From Pristiophorus japonicus (taxonomy: Eukaryota): DNA of 64,000 bases. Of the stretch, positions 1 through 12,640 are shown piece after piece (position 1 is the stretch's first letter; every line of letters starts with the position of its first letter). Both the position numbers and the translations under genes were made by a program. Below the pieces are notes generated by a model. The model had not been told where the DNA came from. It did not search any database and saw nothing but the letters and a program-made list of their open reading frames with translations. The stretch is from contig NC_091978.1 in assembly GCF_044704955.1 (NCBI RefSeq), positions 349,556,001 to 349,620,000 of the forward strand. Direction: 5' to 3'.

Positions 1-1487
1 CTTGTTTAACAATCAGCCACAAGTCAATGCTGGCTGCTTGGTGACAAAGGATATGGCCTCGCCACCTGGCTGACGATCCCCTGCTTGACACACACATCGA
101 TACCGAGAGGCGATTCAACGAGTGCCACAGAGCCACTCGTAATATCATGGTGAAAAGCACTGACGTGCTTAAGCAGCGCCTTAGATGCCTCGACCAGTCA
201 GGAGGCGAGCTCCAATATTACCCTTAGCAGGTAGCTCAATTCGTGGTGGTGTGCTCCATGCTGCACAACTTGGCTATCAGGAGGGGACAATAATTGCCTG
301 AAGAGTCTGACAGTCCACCTCATCAGAGAGAGGACAAGGAAGACGAGGAGGCGGACGCTGACATCGGCGCACACAATCAGGCTGACGCTGAAACCATGCC
401 CCCACCCCCCCTGTAAACCACATGAAAGGGTCCATGGTGGCATGATAGCTGCAAGAGCCTTAAATCAGGAGCTCATCAATGATCGCTTTGCCTGAAAGAA
501 CATTGGTGTTATTTACAAAGCTGCCACACTGCTCGGTGTGCAAGTCATACATCAATGGTGGCCATCACCTTGATGACAGTTAAAGTTTAATTTGATTGAA
601 GTTAAGTGTCATTATACACTTTGATGTTAAGGAATCACCAGCATGTAATGGTGCAGCTATCTGAGCCAATGCGCAACAAGGTTTTGTTAAATAAAAAACA
701 TTTAAACCGAACATTTGTCTGAAATCATCAATATTTCTGTAAAAACCAACCCTTACCCCCCGCTTCTACTCCCCACCTCTACCCCTTCCCCTTCTCCTCC
801 TGACTCCAAGCCGCCTGGCTGAGGAGCTCCTCAGGTGATGCTTCATTGGGGAGAGGGATGACGGTCCCGAGGTGGGAACGTGCTCTGAGCCAGAAGCAAG
901 ATGTTGCTGCTGGTTCTCATGTGTGGTTGGCAATGGGTGTGCGGCACCTTGGGATACAGTGCTGCACTCCGGGACCACTGGGAGCTCTCTGCCACCAGTG
1001 TTCCTGGCTACCAGCTCCAGGGCTTCCACCATCCCTTCCATGTTATATCTTATTTGTTGGACAAAAACTCGGTGCCAACTATGTTCTTGGTGCTTAGTCG
1101 GCTTTCTGCTGCTGCTAAATCTCTCTCGTGCCTCCCACAACAGCCAAACAAGCACACACCACAGCCACACATGCCTTCAGTCCCTCTGAGCTCCCTCTCT
1201 CTCTGTCTCCTCTTCTGCGCATGTCATGATGACAAATGATCTCCTGAATCGTGGGAATCGAACAATGCCATACCATTGCTAAGGATGGCGACACTTTACA
1301 ACAGAAGGTCATCAAGATTTAACGCTACTGCCCATTTCATATCGCTCGCGGTAACGCCCATTTTTAAAAATGGAGACTAGGGGGTTTGAGAATGGGTGAG
1401 AAGCCGGCAATCTGAAAATCATTACCACCCGTGCCGGAAATAACGCCCATTTTGGGGCGATAAGCACAAAAGTGTAAAATCTAGCCC
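1..1487 (+). mobile_element. Right part of a degenerate PIF/Harbinger DNA transposon (runs off the window start)
   Basis: Transposase relic at 1-~495. The element ends in AAAATCTAGCCC (1476-1487), a GGGC-type terminus like those of the MITEs in this window. Confidence 0.65.
31..494 (+). pseudogene. HARBI1-like (DDE_Tnp_4) transposase C-terminal fragment, frameshifted
   Basis: Manual translation across frames: WLLGDKGYGLATWL..ERRFNECHRATRNI..LKQRLRCLDQSGGELQY.P..VAQFVVVCSMLHNLAI, followed by an acidic tail. Confidence 0.85.
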
Positions 1488-1489
1488 TC

Positions 1490-1862
1490 AGTCTCTCCAC
1501 CACTGGCGCACCATGACTGCAGTGTGTTCCATCTACAAGATGCACTGCAGTAACTTGCCAAGACTTCTTCGGCAGCACATCCCAAACCCGCGACCTCTAC
1601 CACCTAAAAGGACAAGGTCAGCAGGTGCATGTTAACACCATCACTAGCAAGATTCCCTTCAAGTTACAACCATCCTGACGTGGAAATACATCGTCGCTGT
1701 GTCAAAATCCTGGAACTCCCTCCCTAACAGCACTGTGGGAGTATCTTCACCACACGGACTGCAGTGGTTCAATAAGGCGGCTCATCTCCACCTTCTCAAG
1801 TGCAATTAGGGATGGGCAATAAATGCTGGCCTTACCAGCAACACCCACATCCCATGAACACA
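1490..1862 (+). mobile_element. 3' end of a CR1/L2-group LINE
   Basis: Encodes IYKMHCSNLPRLLRQH..KSWNSLPNSTVG..AAH.HLLK. Tail GGGATGGGCAATAAATGCTGGCC. Second copy at 26250-26590. Confidence 0.7.
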
Positions 1863-1968
1863 TTTTTTAAAGCCCATAGTCAATTTGATCACAATCCTTG
1901 AATTGTCTTATAGGTTGAATGATCTGTAATATTTCCAAACTTTGTTGAGGTCAGTTAGCTGTTTCACA

Positions 1969-3985
1969 GGGGCCAAGTTTCGGCCCGAGTTGCTCCTGTT
2001 TTTTGGAGCAATTGGTTTAGAATGGAGTATCTTAGAAATTTGAATTCTCGGCATTTAGTTTGCTCCAGTTCTAGTCAGTTAGAACAGTTTCACTTTGGAA
2101 CAGAATTTTTTTTTCAAAAGGGTCGTGTCTGGCCACTTACGCCTGTTTTCAAAGTTTAGGCAGTGAAAACTTACTCCAAACTAACTTAGAATGGAGTAAG
2201 TGAAGATTTTTGTACGTTCAAAAAAACCTTGTCTATACTTTAGAAAATCAGGCATAGGTTACAAATTAGGCGTAGGGAATGGGGGGGGGGGTGTTTAAAG
2301 GGAAGTTTACAAACATTAAACACTTCAATTTTACAAATAAAGAGCCATCATCAATAATAAATGATCAATAAATCAACCAATAAATCAATCAAAAAAAATT
2401 AATACAATTTTGTAAAAAATGTAAAAATCAATAAATAAAACATTTTCTACTTACCAACTGCAGCGTGCTGGGACGCCCCCCCACCCCCCCAGTGTGTCTC
2501 TGTCAGTGTCTCTATCTCTCTGTCTGTCTGTGTGTGTGTCTCTCACTCTCTGTCTGTCAGTGTCTGTGTTTCTGACAGCGAGGGGAGGGGGTGGGAGGGG
2601 GAGAGGGAGAAGGGGGATGGGAGGGGGAGGGGAGAAGGGGGGTGGGGAGGGGGAGAAGGGGGGTGCAGGGGGAGGGGGAGAAGGGGGTGGGGAGGAGGGG
2701 GAGAAGGAGGGGGGTGAGGGGGGGAGGAGGATAGGGGTTGGGGGAGGGGGAGGAGGAGGGGGGGGGATGAGGAGGAGGAGGGGGGGCTGGGGTTGGAGGA
2801 GGAGGGGAGTGGGGAGGAGGAGGAGGGAGGTGTGGAGGAGGAGGAGGGGAGGTGAGAGGAGGAGGGGGGAGGAGGAGGGGGGGGAGAGGAAGGGGGGGAG
2901 GAGGAGGAGGGGTGGGCAGGGAGGAGGGGATGGGGGGGAGGAGGAGAGGAGGGGTGAGGAGAGGAGGGGTGAGGAGAAGGGGGGAAGGAGAAGGGGGAGA
3001 GGGAGAGAAGGGGGGAGAGGAGGAGGAGGGGGAGAAGGGGAGAAGGGGAGAAGGGGGAGAGAGGGGGAGAAGACAGAAAGGATGGAGGGGGGGAGAAGGG
3101 AGAGAGGNNNNNNNNNNNNNNNNNNNNNNNNNNNNNNNNNNNNNNNNNNNNNNNNNNNNNNNNNNNNNNNNNNNNNNNNNNNNNNNNNNNNNNNNNNNNN
3201 NNNNNNNNNNNNNNNNNNNNNNNNNNNNNNNNNNNNNNNNNNNNNNNNNNNNNNNNNNNNNNNNGAAGGAGAGAGGAGGGAGGGGGGAAGGAGAGAGGAG
3301 GGAGGGAGGGAAGGAGACGAGAGGGAAGGAGACGGGAGGGAAGGAGAGGGGAGGGAAGGAGGGAGGGAGAAGGGAGAGAAGGAGGCTGAACGGCTGGGCC
3401 CAAGACTTCGGGCTGGATTTACAGGTAGGTGGCGTCGGGTCTCAGGGGGGATCGTGGAGGTCCGGGGTGGGGGGGGAAGAGTCGCGGAGGTCCGGGGTGG
3501 GAGAGTCGCGGAGGCCGGGAGGGGGGGGGAGAGAGAGTGTCGCGGAGGTCCGGAGGGGTTGGGGGGGAGCGCAGAGGTCGAGTCAGGTCGGGTCGCCGGG
3601 GGGAGCGGAGGTTGGATCGCCGGGTGGGGGGGTGGAGAGCGGGGGACGGGTCGCCGAGGCGGGGGGGTGAGAGCAGGGGTCGGGTCCGGTCCGGTCGGGT
3701 GGGAGGAGCCTTATCCACGCAGCCCCAGTGAGGCCATTCGGCCAGGGCTAGGGGCTGCGTGCTTCGGGCCCCTCCCACAGTTTTGGGCGCCTGGAGCTAC
3801 TGCACATGCGCGCCCACTGTAGCACGCATGTGCAGAGGTCCCCGCACTGTTTTCAGCGCAGGGACCTGGCTCCGCCCCCCACAGCTCGTGCTGCGCCGCG
3901 CCCAGCTCCAGAGAGCCAGAGAATAGGTAAGTTTTTTTTAGGCGCACTTTGTGGCGCGAAAAGACGCGGCCCGAAACTTGGGTCC
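1969..3985. mobile_element. Non-autonomous Harbinger-like element (MITE) containing a purine-rich tract and an assembly gap
   Basis: Imperfect TIRs GGGGCCAAGTTTCGGCCCG and CGGCCCGAAACTTGGGTCC; flanks ACA/ATA; internal blocks shared with 57656-58564. Confidence 0.7.
2580..3385. repeat. G/A-rich low-complexity tract spanning a 157-N gap (3108-3264)
   Basis: Runs of GGA/GGG/GAG with almost no pyrimidines; N run seen directly. Confidence 0.95.
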
Positions 3986-4554
3986 ATAGTCTCATCAATG
4001 TTAGAGCAATTTCCATGACCAGTACTGTACTGCCACTGGCCACCAATCTACTGTTCAAGTTGGGCAAAATCTACTGAAATCAGCAAAAGTCGGAAAAACA
4101 AGGTAAGTGGCTAAACTATGATTGAAGAGCAATAACGAACTTTGCTTGAACTGTACTACTGAATTGAGGATGGCAGGCCAATTGATGGATGAATAACTTG
4201 CCTACACTTGATTCTACGTTATTATTTGAAGATAAGCAGCGGAGCTCAGTTGAACAGACATTAATGATGTGTTGTTAATTGTACTGGATTCAACTTCTGA
4301 TAATATGGGAGCTTGGCACAAATTCGAACTGCTCATTTTCATTTTACAATCTAAACATCTAAAGGAATGTAAATATTTAAAGCCATTAAACGATCTCTTG
4401 TGGCATTGCTTGTGGGTAGTCTAGGATCTGAAGTGTGGTTCTGATGTTTACCAAACGTCCTGCTGCAACCTAAATGCACCAGAGCGAGTACGATAAGTTT
4501 ACTGGTGCAATTATATTACATCACCAATGTGCACTTTACTGATAATGGTAAATA

Positions 4555-4645
4555 TAGGTCCCATATTGGACTGTACAGTCACCTGAGAACTCACTTTTAG
4601 AGTAGAAGCAAGTCTTCCTCGATTTCGAGGGACTGCCTCTGATGG
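4555..4645 (+). mobile_element. RTE LINE extreme 3' fragment
   Basis: ATTGGACTGT..CACCTGAGAACTCAC..GCAAGTCTTCCTCGATTTCGAGGGACTGCCT matches the reverse complement of the RTE end at 54027-54120. Confidence 0.75.
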
Positions 4646-4809
4646 AAGGACACCATGTTCAACCTTTGAGTGGACAAGTTTAAGGTGCATTTGTGGCACA
4701 TAAACTGAATTTTTGCGATATTTTACTATTGATGCTCATGCAGAATCATCTGTGCTTCGCCTTCGCGTGTATGTATACACAGCAACAGCGGCATTGATTC
4801 TTAGAGGCA

Positions 4810-4965
4810 AATAGGTAGCACGCTGAGTCACTGTTCAACGGGATTGGGACAATCATGGACACGCCTGCGGGATTCATCGAAAGCCTCGGCATGAATTATT
4901 CAGTTCTTACATTGAGCGGATGGAGGCCAATAACATTATTGAGACCGAAGGTGCAGATGAGAATG
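4810..4965 (+). pseudogene. Possible remnant of a Gypsy PBS and gag N-terminus
   Basis: (A)GGTAGCA PBS-like motif, then MDTPAGFIESLG and ELFSSYIERME.ANNIIE in two frames, resembling the gag start motif W..YIERL..YF.AN. Confidence 0.35.
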
Positions 4966-5842
4966 TTCATGCTCATACCAAATCATGTGACAAACCACGT
5001 ATTAATACAATACATTCTCCTATCCATATACACAGTCACCGCTCAACCTTGCCATCTCAGGTGGCCGCTCAATTCCCATCGTCTCAATCACAGACGAGGC
5101 CCATTTCCTTCTGCTTCTATGGGCTCTGCACATGATCTCAGAAGCATGGTCCTGGAAGGTGCGTATTATTTTTTGGTTCAGACTAGTTGGCTGTCCTTTC
5201 TGCAGTTGGTGATTCAAACTATTAAATTCAGTTTTCTGCCCTTATTTTACTGCTCAATTTTTGCACAGTTCAGACTGGAGTACTCCTTTCTGATGACCTT
5301 TTCTTGATCTGTATGAGATCTGATGAAGGAAAGCTGCTTTATTCTCTGCACACTGTTGGTTCCTTTTCTGCCCTGTCAAAAATCATTTATAGCTCTATTA
5401 TACACCAAAATAATTAATTACTAAAGATAGAAAATACTACTGACACAGGTCTGACAATTAAAACATTTTGGGCCCAAAATTGGTGGACATACCGTCGCAT
5501 ACCATGCGGACCGCCGACATACCGCCCAAAATCACAAAATTGATCAAAAAATACCTACATACCGCCCACATACTGCCCAGCGGGAAATTCATCAGCGACA
5601 TACCACCGGGCAGTATGCATACCATCCGCCCGTGTACACTACTGACATACCGCCCCAAATTATCAAATTGATCACTTACCAGCGACATAGCGCCAATCCT
5701 GCAGACCGCCCTGGAAAAGGTGGTTTTAAGTTGATCTTCAGTCGGCGGTATGCATCTTCACATGTGAAATTATCCTTTTATCTCTCACCCCCAGTCTCTC
5801 CCAACGCCCCCCCCATTCTCTTCCCCTCCCACCCCCACAGCG

Positions 5843-5948
5843 ATTCCCCCCAAGTAGCGATCTCCCTCCAAGTAGGCATCTCCCTCCAAGTAGGCATCTC
5901 CCTCCAAGAAGTCATTTCCCTCCAAGAAGTCATCTCCCTCCAAATAGC
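5843..5948. repeat. 18-bp minisatellite (ATCTCCCTCCAAGTAGGC-like), left part
   Basis: About 6 units seen directly; the array resumes at 6718-6840 after the CR1. Confidence 0.85.
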
Positions 5949-5957
5949 GGTATGCAT

Positions 5958-6717
5958 CAAAGAGCAAGTTATTATTTAAATGGAGAAAGATTGCAAAGTG
6001 CTGCAGTACAGCGGGACCTCGGGGTACTTGTGCATGAAACACAAAAGGTTAGTATGCAGGTATAGCAAGTGATCAGGAAGGCCAATGAAATCTTGGCCTT
6101 TATTGCAAAGGGGATGGAGTATAAAAGCAGGGAAGTCTTGTTACAGCTATACAGGGTATTGGTGAGGCCACACCTGGAATACTGCGTGCAGTTTTAGTTT
6201 CCATATTTACGAAAGGATATATTTGCTTTGGAGGCAGTTTAGAGAAGGTTCACTAGGTTGATTCCGGAGATGAGGGGATTGACTTATGAGGAAAGATTGA
6301 GTAGGTTGGGCCTCTACTCATTGGAATTCAGAAGAATGAGAGGTGATCTTATCGAATACGTATAAGATTATGAGGGGGCTTGACAAGATGAATGCAGAGA
6401 GGAGACTAGAACTAGAGGGCATGATCTTAGAATAAGGGGCCGCCCATTTAAAACTGAGATGAGGAGAAATTTCTTCTCACAAAAGGTTGTAACTCTGTGG
6501 AATTCACTGCCTCAGAGAGCTGTGGAAGCTGGAACATTGAATAAATTTAAGACAGAAATAGACAGTTTCTTAAACAGTAAGGGAATAAGGGGTCATGGGG
6601 AGCGGGCAGGGAAGTGGACCTGAGTCCATGATCGGATTAGCCATGATCGTATTAAATGGCGGAGGAGGCTCAAGGGGCCGTATGGCCTACTCCTGCTCCT
6701 ATTTCTTATGTTCTTAT
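5958..6717 (+). mobile_element. 5'-truncated CR1 LINE
   Basis: YYLNGE.L..QRDLGVLVH..LVRPHLEYCVQF..WNSLPQ; 3' tail CCTATTTCTTATGTTCTTAT. Confidence 0.92.
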
Positions 6718-6840
6718 AGTCATCTCCCTCCAAGTAACGATCTCCATCCAAATAGTCATCTCTCTCCAAATAGTCATCTCCCTCCAAATAGCCATCTTCC
6801 TCCAAGTAGTCATCTCCCTCCAAGTAGGCACCTCCCCCCC
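6718..6840. repeat. 18-bp minisatellite, right part
   Basis: About 6-7 units of AGTCATCTCCCTCCAAGT. Confidence 0.85.
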
Positions 6841-8029
6841 AGCAGTGATTCCCGCCCCCCCCCCCCCACATACCTGTACAGCGCTCTCAGGTCGACAATT
6901 GCTGTCGATTCTGGTCGGTGTCTCTCGGGGGGGGTGGAGCTTTGCGCAGAACTCGGGACCCGAAGATTCTCGAGTGCAAAGGACTCACCGCCCGCATACC
7001 GCTGGCTGCACTCTGCTCCGCCCGCTGCATTCCACTTGGCATACCGCCAAGAAAAAAGTGATGATAATTGCACACACTCCGCCCAGTAGTACCCAGCGGT
7101 ATGAAACGACATACCACCAGCATACTGCCGAGAAATGGGCGGACCGTCGGTTTTCACCAATTTCGGCCCTTTATGTTTTGATTTGGCACTAATAGTTTAA
7201 CACAAGCTGTAGACTAAATGGTTGTGGTAATATATGTTACATTAAACCCCTTATGCAGAATATTCAGACAATACAGATCGTGTCCACAGCCTCCAGTAAA
7301 TATGATGATTGATAATGTGCCTTTTCGGCACATTTCAAAGGGGACAATTGGCAAACTACCAGCCATAATAAGTAATGTCTGTATGCCATGTGTCTTAATG
7401 CGGAGATGTGCAAGTGTTTAACTGCACAAGCACATATGTTATTCTACTTGTCTATACAGGTACTGAGTGGATCTTAAGAGATTTTGGTCATGTGTAACTT
7501 TTAGTAGATATTTCCTCTAGAATTACATTCAAAACTTGTCCGTAAATCCATTGAAATATAGCAATAAACCAAATCAGTTTGATTTTTAAACTAATTTTGA
7601 ACCATATTTTACTACCGCTCCAACTGGTCAGCTAATAATGACAATACTTCTTATATGTTTATTCCAGAAAAAAGATTCCAGTAGAAAATGTGAGCAACTG
7701 GCCTGAAATTTATTTCACGCTAAAACTTAGTGAGCAATGCAGACACCGTTCTGCCTACTTTGAGTGATCCATTCAGTTAAAGCAGACCTGCGATCACAGT
7801 AGGTTGCAAAGTATCCCAGCTTGTTATCCTTTACGAGCTTCAGTCCTTGGTCTGAGATGAGTTGACTGATCTCAGTTGGAGTGATAATAAAAGTGCTAAA
7901 ATCGCCTTAGCCTTAGGAAGGGGAAACCATTCAGAGGGCATCTAATTGCTTTCCAGTGGCATGCGTGCAGATGAGGGCAGGATTGGGGTTGGCTATGATA
8001 CCCCAGTCTAGCTAGCAGCACTCTCGTTT

Positions 8030-8213
8030 GGAATTTTCAACTTCGGCAGGGGGGGGGAGGGGGGCGCGGGGTGAGGGGAGGAGGGGGAGGGTGTGGAGGG
8101 GGGGTATACAATGGGTCGTCCGCCAGTTAATGGAAAGGAATATCAGGCAGGGCGTATAATGGGTGGCCGGAACGACATCGTCCAATTTACACCCCCGCCT
8201 AAGTTGAAAGTGC
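8030..8213. mobile_element. Short palindromic MITE
   Basis: Ends TTTCAACTTCGGC and GCCTAAGTTGAAA are inverted; similar to 56206-56340 and 39030-39200. Confidence 0.5.
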
Positions 8214-8911
8214 TGGCATCACTGTGTGTGGACACCCATGCTAAGAATGGGAGATGAAACAAAGTGGTATAATGGAATCCGCTTGTAGCAATCCTGCGGA
8301 TGGGCTGATCAAACCCTGCTTGCCACAGTTCATTTCAGCTAAAGCTGTGTGCTTTCTCTTGGTGGGTTTGTGCTGGAAAACCAGCTCAGAAACTGCCAGT
8401 TCTGTGAAAGAATGTGATCATCCAAAGATCCCTTGCAGGCAGTTGTCAAATGAAAGCCACCCTTTGAGCTAAGTGATGCTAAGCTGTTTAAATTGCCAGT
8501 AACAAGCATTGTTTAGCAGCGGAGGAGAGCAGGACTCACGTTAAACTGTAAATGAACGTTTAGAGCCTCAAGGTGTCACCAGCACAGAAAAGGTTCAAAC
8601 TCGTTCCATTTATACTTGCCATTCGATCCATACTTTTCTGTCTGTGTTCTCTTTAACAGGCTGGTAGAGTAAAACAGGGGAGATCAGCAAACATCACATC
8701 TACAATGAAATGCTCAACCTCTCCTACCCCTCAGTATTTTAGAACATGAGCACTTTTCCTAAAAAGCAGTGTTGTAATGTATTTGCTTCATGGGTTCTTT
8801 GCTTAAGAATTCATAGCAACACATTGCTATTAAGAACGAACTGGTTTATTAACAAAGGTTTAACAATCACACTACACATTACCAGTTCATCCACTAGGCT
8901 AACAACTGCAT

Positions 8912-9012
8912 CATCATCATCATCATCATCATCATAGGCGGTCCCTCGAACGAGGATGACTTGCTTCCACGAGTTCACAGGTGTTTCGATGAAGGACCCG
9001 ATGTTCAGGTCC
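8912..9012 (-). mobile_element. Short RTE-type 3' fragment with (GAT)n tail
   Basis: (TCA)n tail; TSD CAACTGCAT at 8903-8911 and 9013-9021; same family as 48826-49222. Confidence 0.85.
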
Positions 9013-12000
9013 CAACTGCATAACTCATCGTGGATGACCTAGACCCAACTGACTGGGGTTTTAATGAGTCTGTGAACATCATGTGACTGGCTAAGCCACC
9101 CAAAATGCAACAGCTCTACAACTATTTTAAGTAAAAACATTAATACAAATGCCCCCTTATTAAATGGACACTAAAACCGACACATTAAACAAATTAAACT
9201 TTGGACATTAAAATAAATCAAATTAAAATTTGGTTGCCGGGGGTGATGATGCACTCCAGTCCCTCCGGTGCCCACCTCTCACGGAAGGCTGCGAGCGTAC
9301 CGGTGGACACCGCATATGCTCCATCTCCAGGGACACCCTGGCTCGGATGTAAGCGTGGAAGAGAGGAAGGCAGTCAGGCTGAATGATCCCCCCGACCGCC
9401 CACTGCCTGGACCGGTTAATGGCCACCTTAGCCATGGCCAGGAGCAGTCCTACGAGGAGGCCTTCCGACCTGCCTGCTCCCCTCCTGTTATGTATTGATG
9501 TTTGGGGTCACCAGACACCAGGGGACGCCACTGTCGGAGGTCATCAGGCTGTACACGCGTGTGCGCGGTCACTATAAAGGCGGGTACCATGTCACGCTTG
9601 TACTTTGAGCGCGAATAAAGTTGGATCAGGTTTACACATGAAGTCGTTTACAGTAACAAGACTCTTGAGTCATTACATTTGGTGACGAGGTAACTTAAGA
9701 ACCTTCGCATGTACAATGGGCACTAGTGAAATTCTGAAGAGATTCGCAAATGGAGAGGATTAGGCGTATTTTATCGACCACCTGGATCAGTATTTTGTGG
9801 CTTACAAAATGGAGGGAGAGGCTGACGCAGTTCGCCGCAGGGCAGTTTTCCTCACCGTTTGTGGTCCGAAAATTTACGGCCTTATGAAGAACCTTCTCTC
9901 GCTTTACGTCCAACAGACAAAGAGTACGAGGATTTGTGTGCTTTGGTGTGTGACCTTCTTAAGCCAAAAGAGGGGATCATCATTTCAAGCTATCACTTCT
10001 ATACGGATGTTCGTGCTGAGGGCCAGGATGTATCGGGATTCGTCGCTGACCTGCGACGTCTTGCTGAGCCGTGTAAGTTCGGGAACATGTTGGAAGACAT
10101 GTTGCGAGATTTCTTCGTGATAGGCATCAACCATGATGTGATTCTTCGGAAGTTATTGGCCGAAGAGAAGCTGGACTTGAGAAAGGCCATCGCAACTGCC
10201 CAGGCATGCATGACGACTGATGATAATTTGAGGCAGATATGATCGAAGAGTCAGAGCTCCACAGCAGGTACTGTAAACAAGATTGTGTCGTCTTCTGGCA
10301 GAGCTGCTTATGGCAGGGCCTACTCGACTGCTTATGTGAAACCTGTAGCTGCTCAGAGTCTGCCAACTGTTACGAATCTGATTTCACTCTGTTGGCGTTG
10401 TGGGGGCAATCATCGGCCTCATCAGTGTCGGTTAAACAATATGCCTGTAATGGTTGTTCGAAAGTGAGGCATCTTCAGAGAATGTGCCCATAACTGAGCA
10501 AGCGTGCTGCCGCTCATCACATTGTTGATGATGACCAATCCAGTGCTGGCCCAGATACCCAACCCGGGGAGGAAGTGTATGGTCTGTATTTGTTCTTAGG
10601 AAAGAGCCAGCCGATAATCGTTAATGTGAAGCTGAGTCAGTCGATAATGAGCCAAAGGACATTCGACAAGCTGTGAGACACTGAGGCTGTGAAGCCTAAG
10701 CTGAGTCCAATCAATACCAAGTTGTGTACTTACACTAAGGAACTCATACCGGTGATTGGCAATGCAGTAGTCAAGGTGTCATATGACGGTGTGGTTCATG
10801 CTCTAACATTTTGGATTGTCCCAGGTAATGGTCCAAAGCTGTTCGGCAGGAATTGGCTCGGGAAAATCAAGTGGAACTGGAATGATGGCAAAGCGTTGTC
10901 CTCGGTGGATGACACTTCATATGCTCAAGTGTTGAAGAAGTTTCCTTCTTTGTTTGAACCGGGCATTGGTAATTTTACTGGAGCCAAGGTGCAGATTCAC
11001 TTGGATTCTGATGCAAAGCCTGTCTATCATAAAGCTCAGTCTGTTCCTTACATGATGAGGGCGAAGGTTGAAATTGAGCTTGAAAGACTCCAACGTGAAG
11101 GGATCATATCACCGGTCAAGTTTAACGAGTGGGCCATTCCAATTTTCCTGTATTGAAGAGTGATGGCACTGTCAGGATTTGTGGAGACTACAATTCTCAA
11201 AACAGAATCAGTATCCGTTACCGAAGGCTGATGACCTGTTCGCCATGCTAGCTGGTGGAAAGTTGTTCACTAAACTAGATCTGACGTCAGCCTATATGTC
11301 ACAGGAGCTTGTCGGCACTTCGAAGAAACTCTCCTGCAACAACACCCATAAAGGACTGTTTGACTACAACAGGTGTCCTTTTGGAATTCGTTCGGCTGCA
11401 GCCATATTTCAGACGAATATGGAGAGTCTACTGAAGTCCGAGCCCAGAACTGTCATGTTTCAAGATGACATTCTGGTCAAGGTCACGCCACTTCTGAACA
11501 TCTGAACAATCTTGAAGAAGTCCTACGTCATCTGGATAAAGTGCGGCTCAGGCTGAAATATTCGAAGTGTGTCTTCATGGCACCTGAAGTTGAATTCCTG
11601 GGGAGGAAGATTGCTGCTGATGGCATCAGGCCTACCGATTCAAAAACCAAGGCCATCAAAAATGCACCCAGGCCTCTGAATGTGACGGAGCTGCATTCCT
11701 TGGGCTGCTCAACTACTTCGGTAATTTCTTACCCAGATTGAGCACTTTATTAGAGCCACTGCACATGCTACTCACAAAAGGTGACAACTGGGTCTGGGGC
11801 ATGTCTCAAGATAGAGCCTTTGAGAAAGCTAAGAATCTGCTCTGTTCAAACAAGTTGCTTGTTCATGATGATCCGTGTAAGCATCTTGTATTGGCCTGTG
11901 ATGCTTCATCATATGTACTCCAACAAGCAAATGAGTCGGGTAAGCTGCAACCAGAAGTGTATGCTTCAAGAAGTATGTTAAAGGTGGAAAGAGCTTACAG

Positions 12001-12640
12001 CATGGTAGAAAAAGAAGCATTGGCCTATTTTTATGGGGTTAAAAAGATGCATCAGTACCTGTTTGGTCTTCATTTTGAGTTCGAAAAGGATCACAAGCCA
12101 CTCATTTCATTGTTTTCGGAAAACAAAGGTATTAATACCAATGCAACGTTCCGTATCCAGAGGTGGGTGTTGACATTGTCTGCCTATGATTATTCGTCAT
12201 AGACCGGGTACTGAGAATTGTGCCGATGCACTGAGTTGTCTGCCTTTGCCCATACCTGATATGGAGATGCCTCAACCTGCAGATCTACTGTTAGTAATGG
12301 ATGCTTTTGAGAGTGAAGGAACTCCTGTCACTGATCAACAAGTTAGGATCTGGACCAGCCATGACCCTATTTTATCGGTTGTGAAACGTTGTGTCCTCAG
12401 TGATGATTAGTCTACAATACCTATGGAGATGTGTGATGAGACCAAACCTTACAACAGTCGCAAAGGTGAGCTGTCCATTCAGTCAGATTGTTTACTGTGG
12501 GGTAATCGTGACATTATGCCTAAGAAAGGTAGAGAATAATTCACGGGGTACGTGAACTACATAGTACTCATCCCGGTATTGTCACGATGAAAGCCATTGC
12601 TAGGTCTTATGTACGGTGGCCTGGAATTGACTCTGATATG

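Larger units (their letters stand above)
5470..7169. mobile_element. Harbinger-like MITE with CATACCGCC subrepeats and an 18-bp minisatellite, interrupted by a CR1
   Basis: TIRs GGGCCCAAAATTGGTG and CACCAATTTCGGCCC; TTT on both flanks. Confidence 0.7.

Noticed and set aside
2494-3822. 442-aa Gly/Arg/Glu-rich ORF and overlapping Pro/Ser-rich ORFs
   Set aside because: They are artefacts of a purine-rich low-complexity tract and an N gap inside a MITE.
5632-7192. ORFs with hexapeptide repeats (ISLQVG, LEGDDY)
   Set aside because: They are translations of the 18-bp minisatellite, which is open in several frames and on both strands.
7830-8255. Possible ancient LF-SINE-like element around the small MITE
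   Set aside because: There is only a patchy resemblance from memory, too degenerate to support without an alignment.
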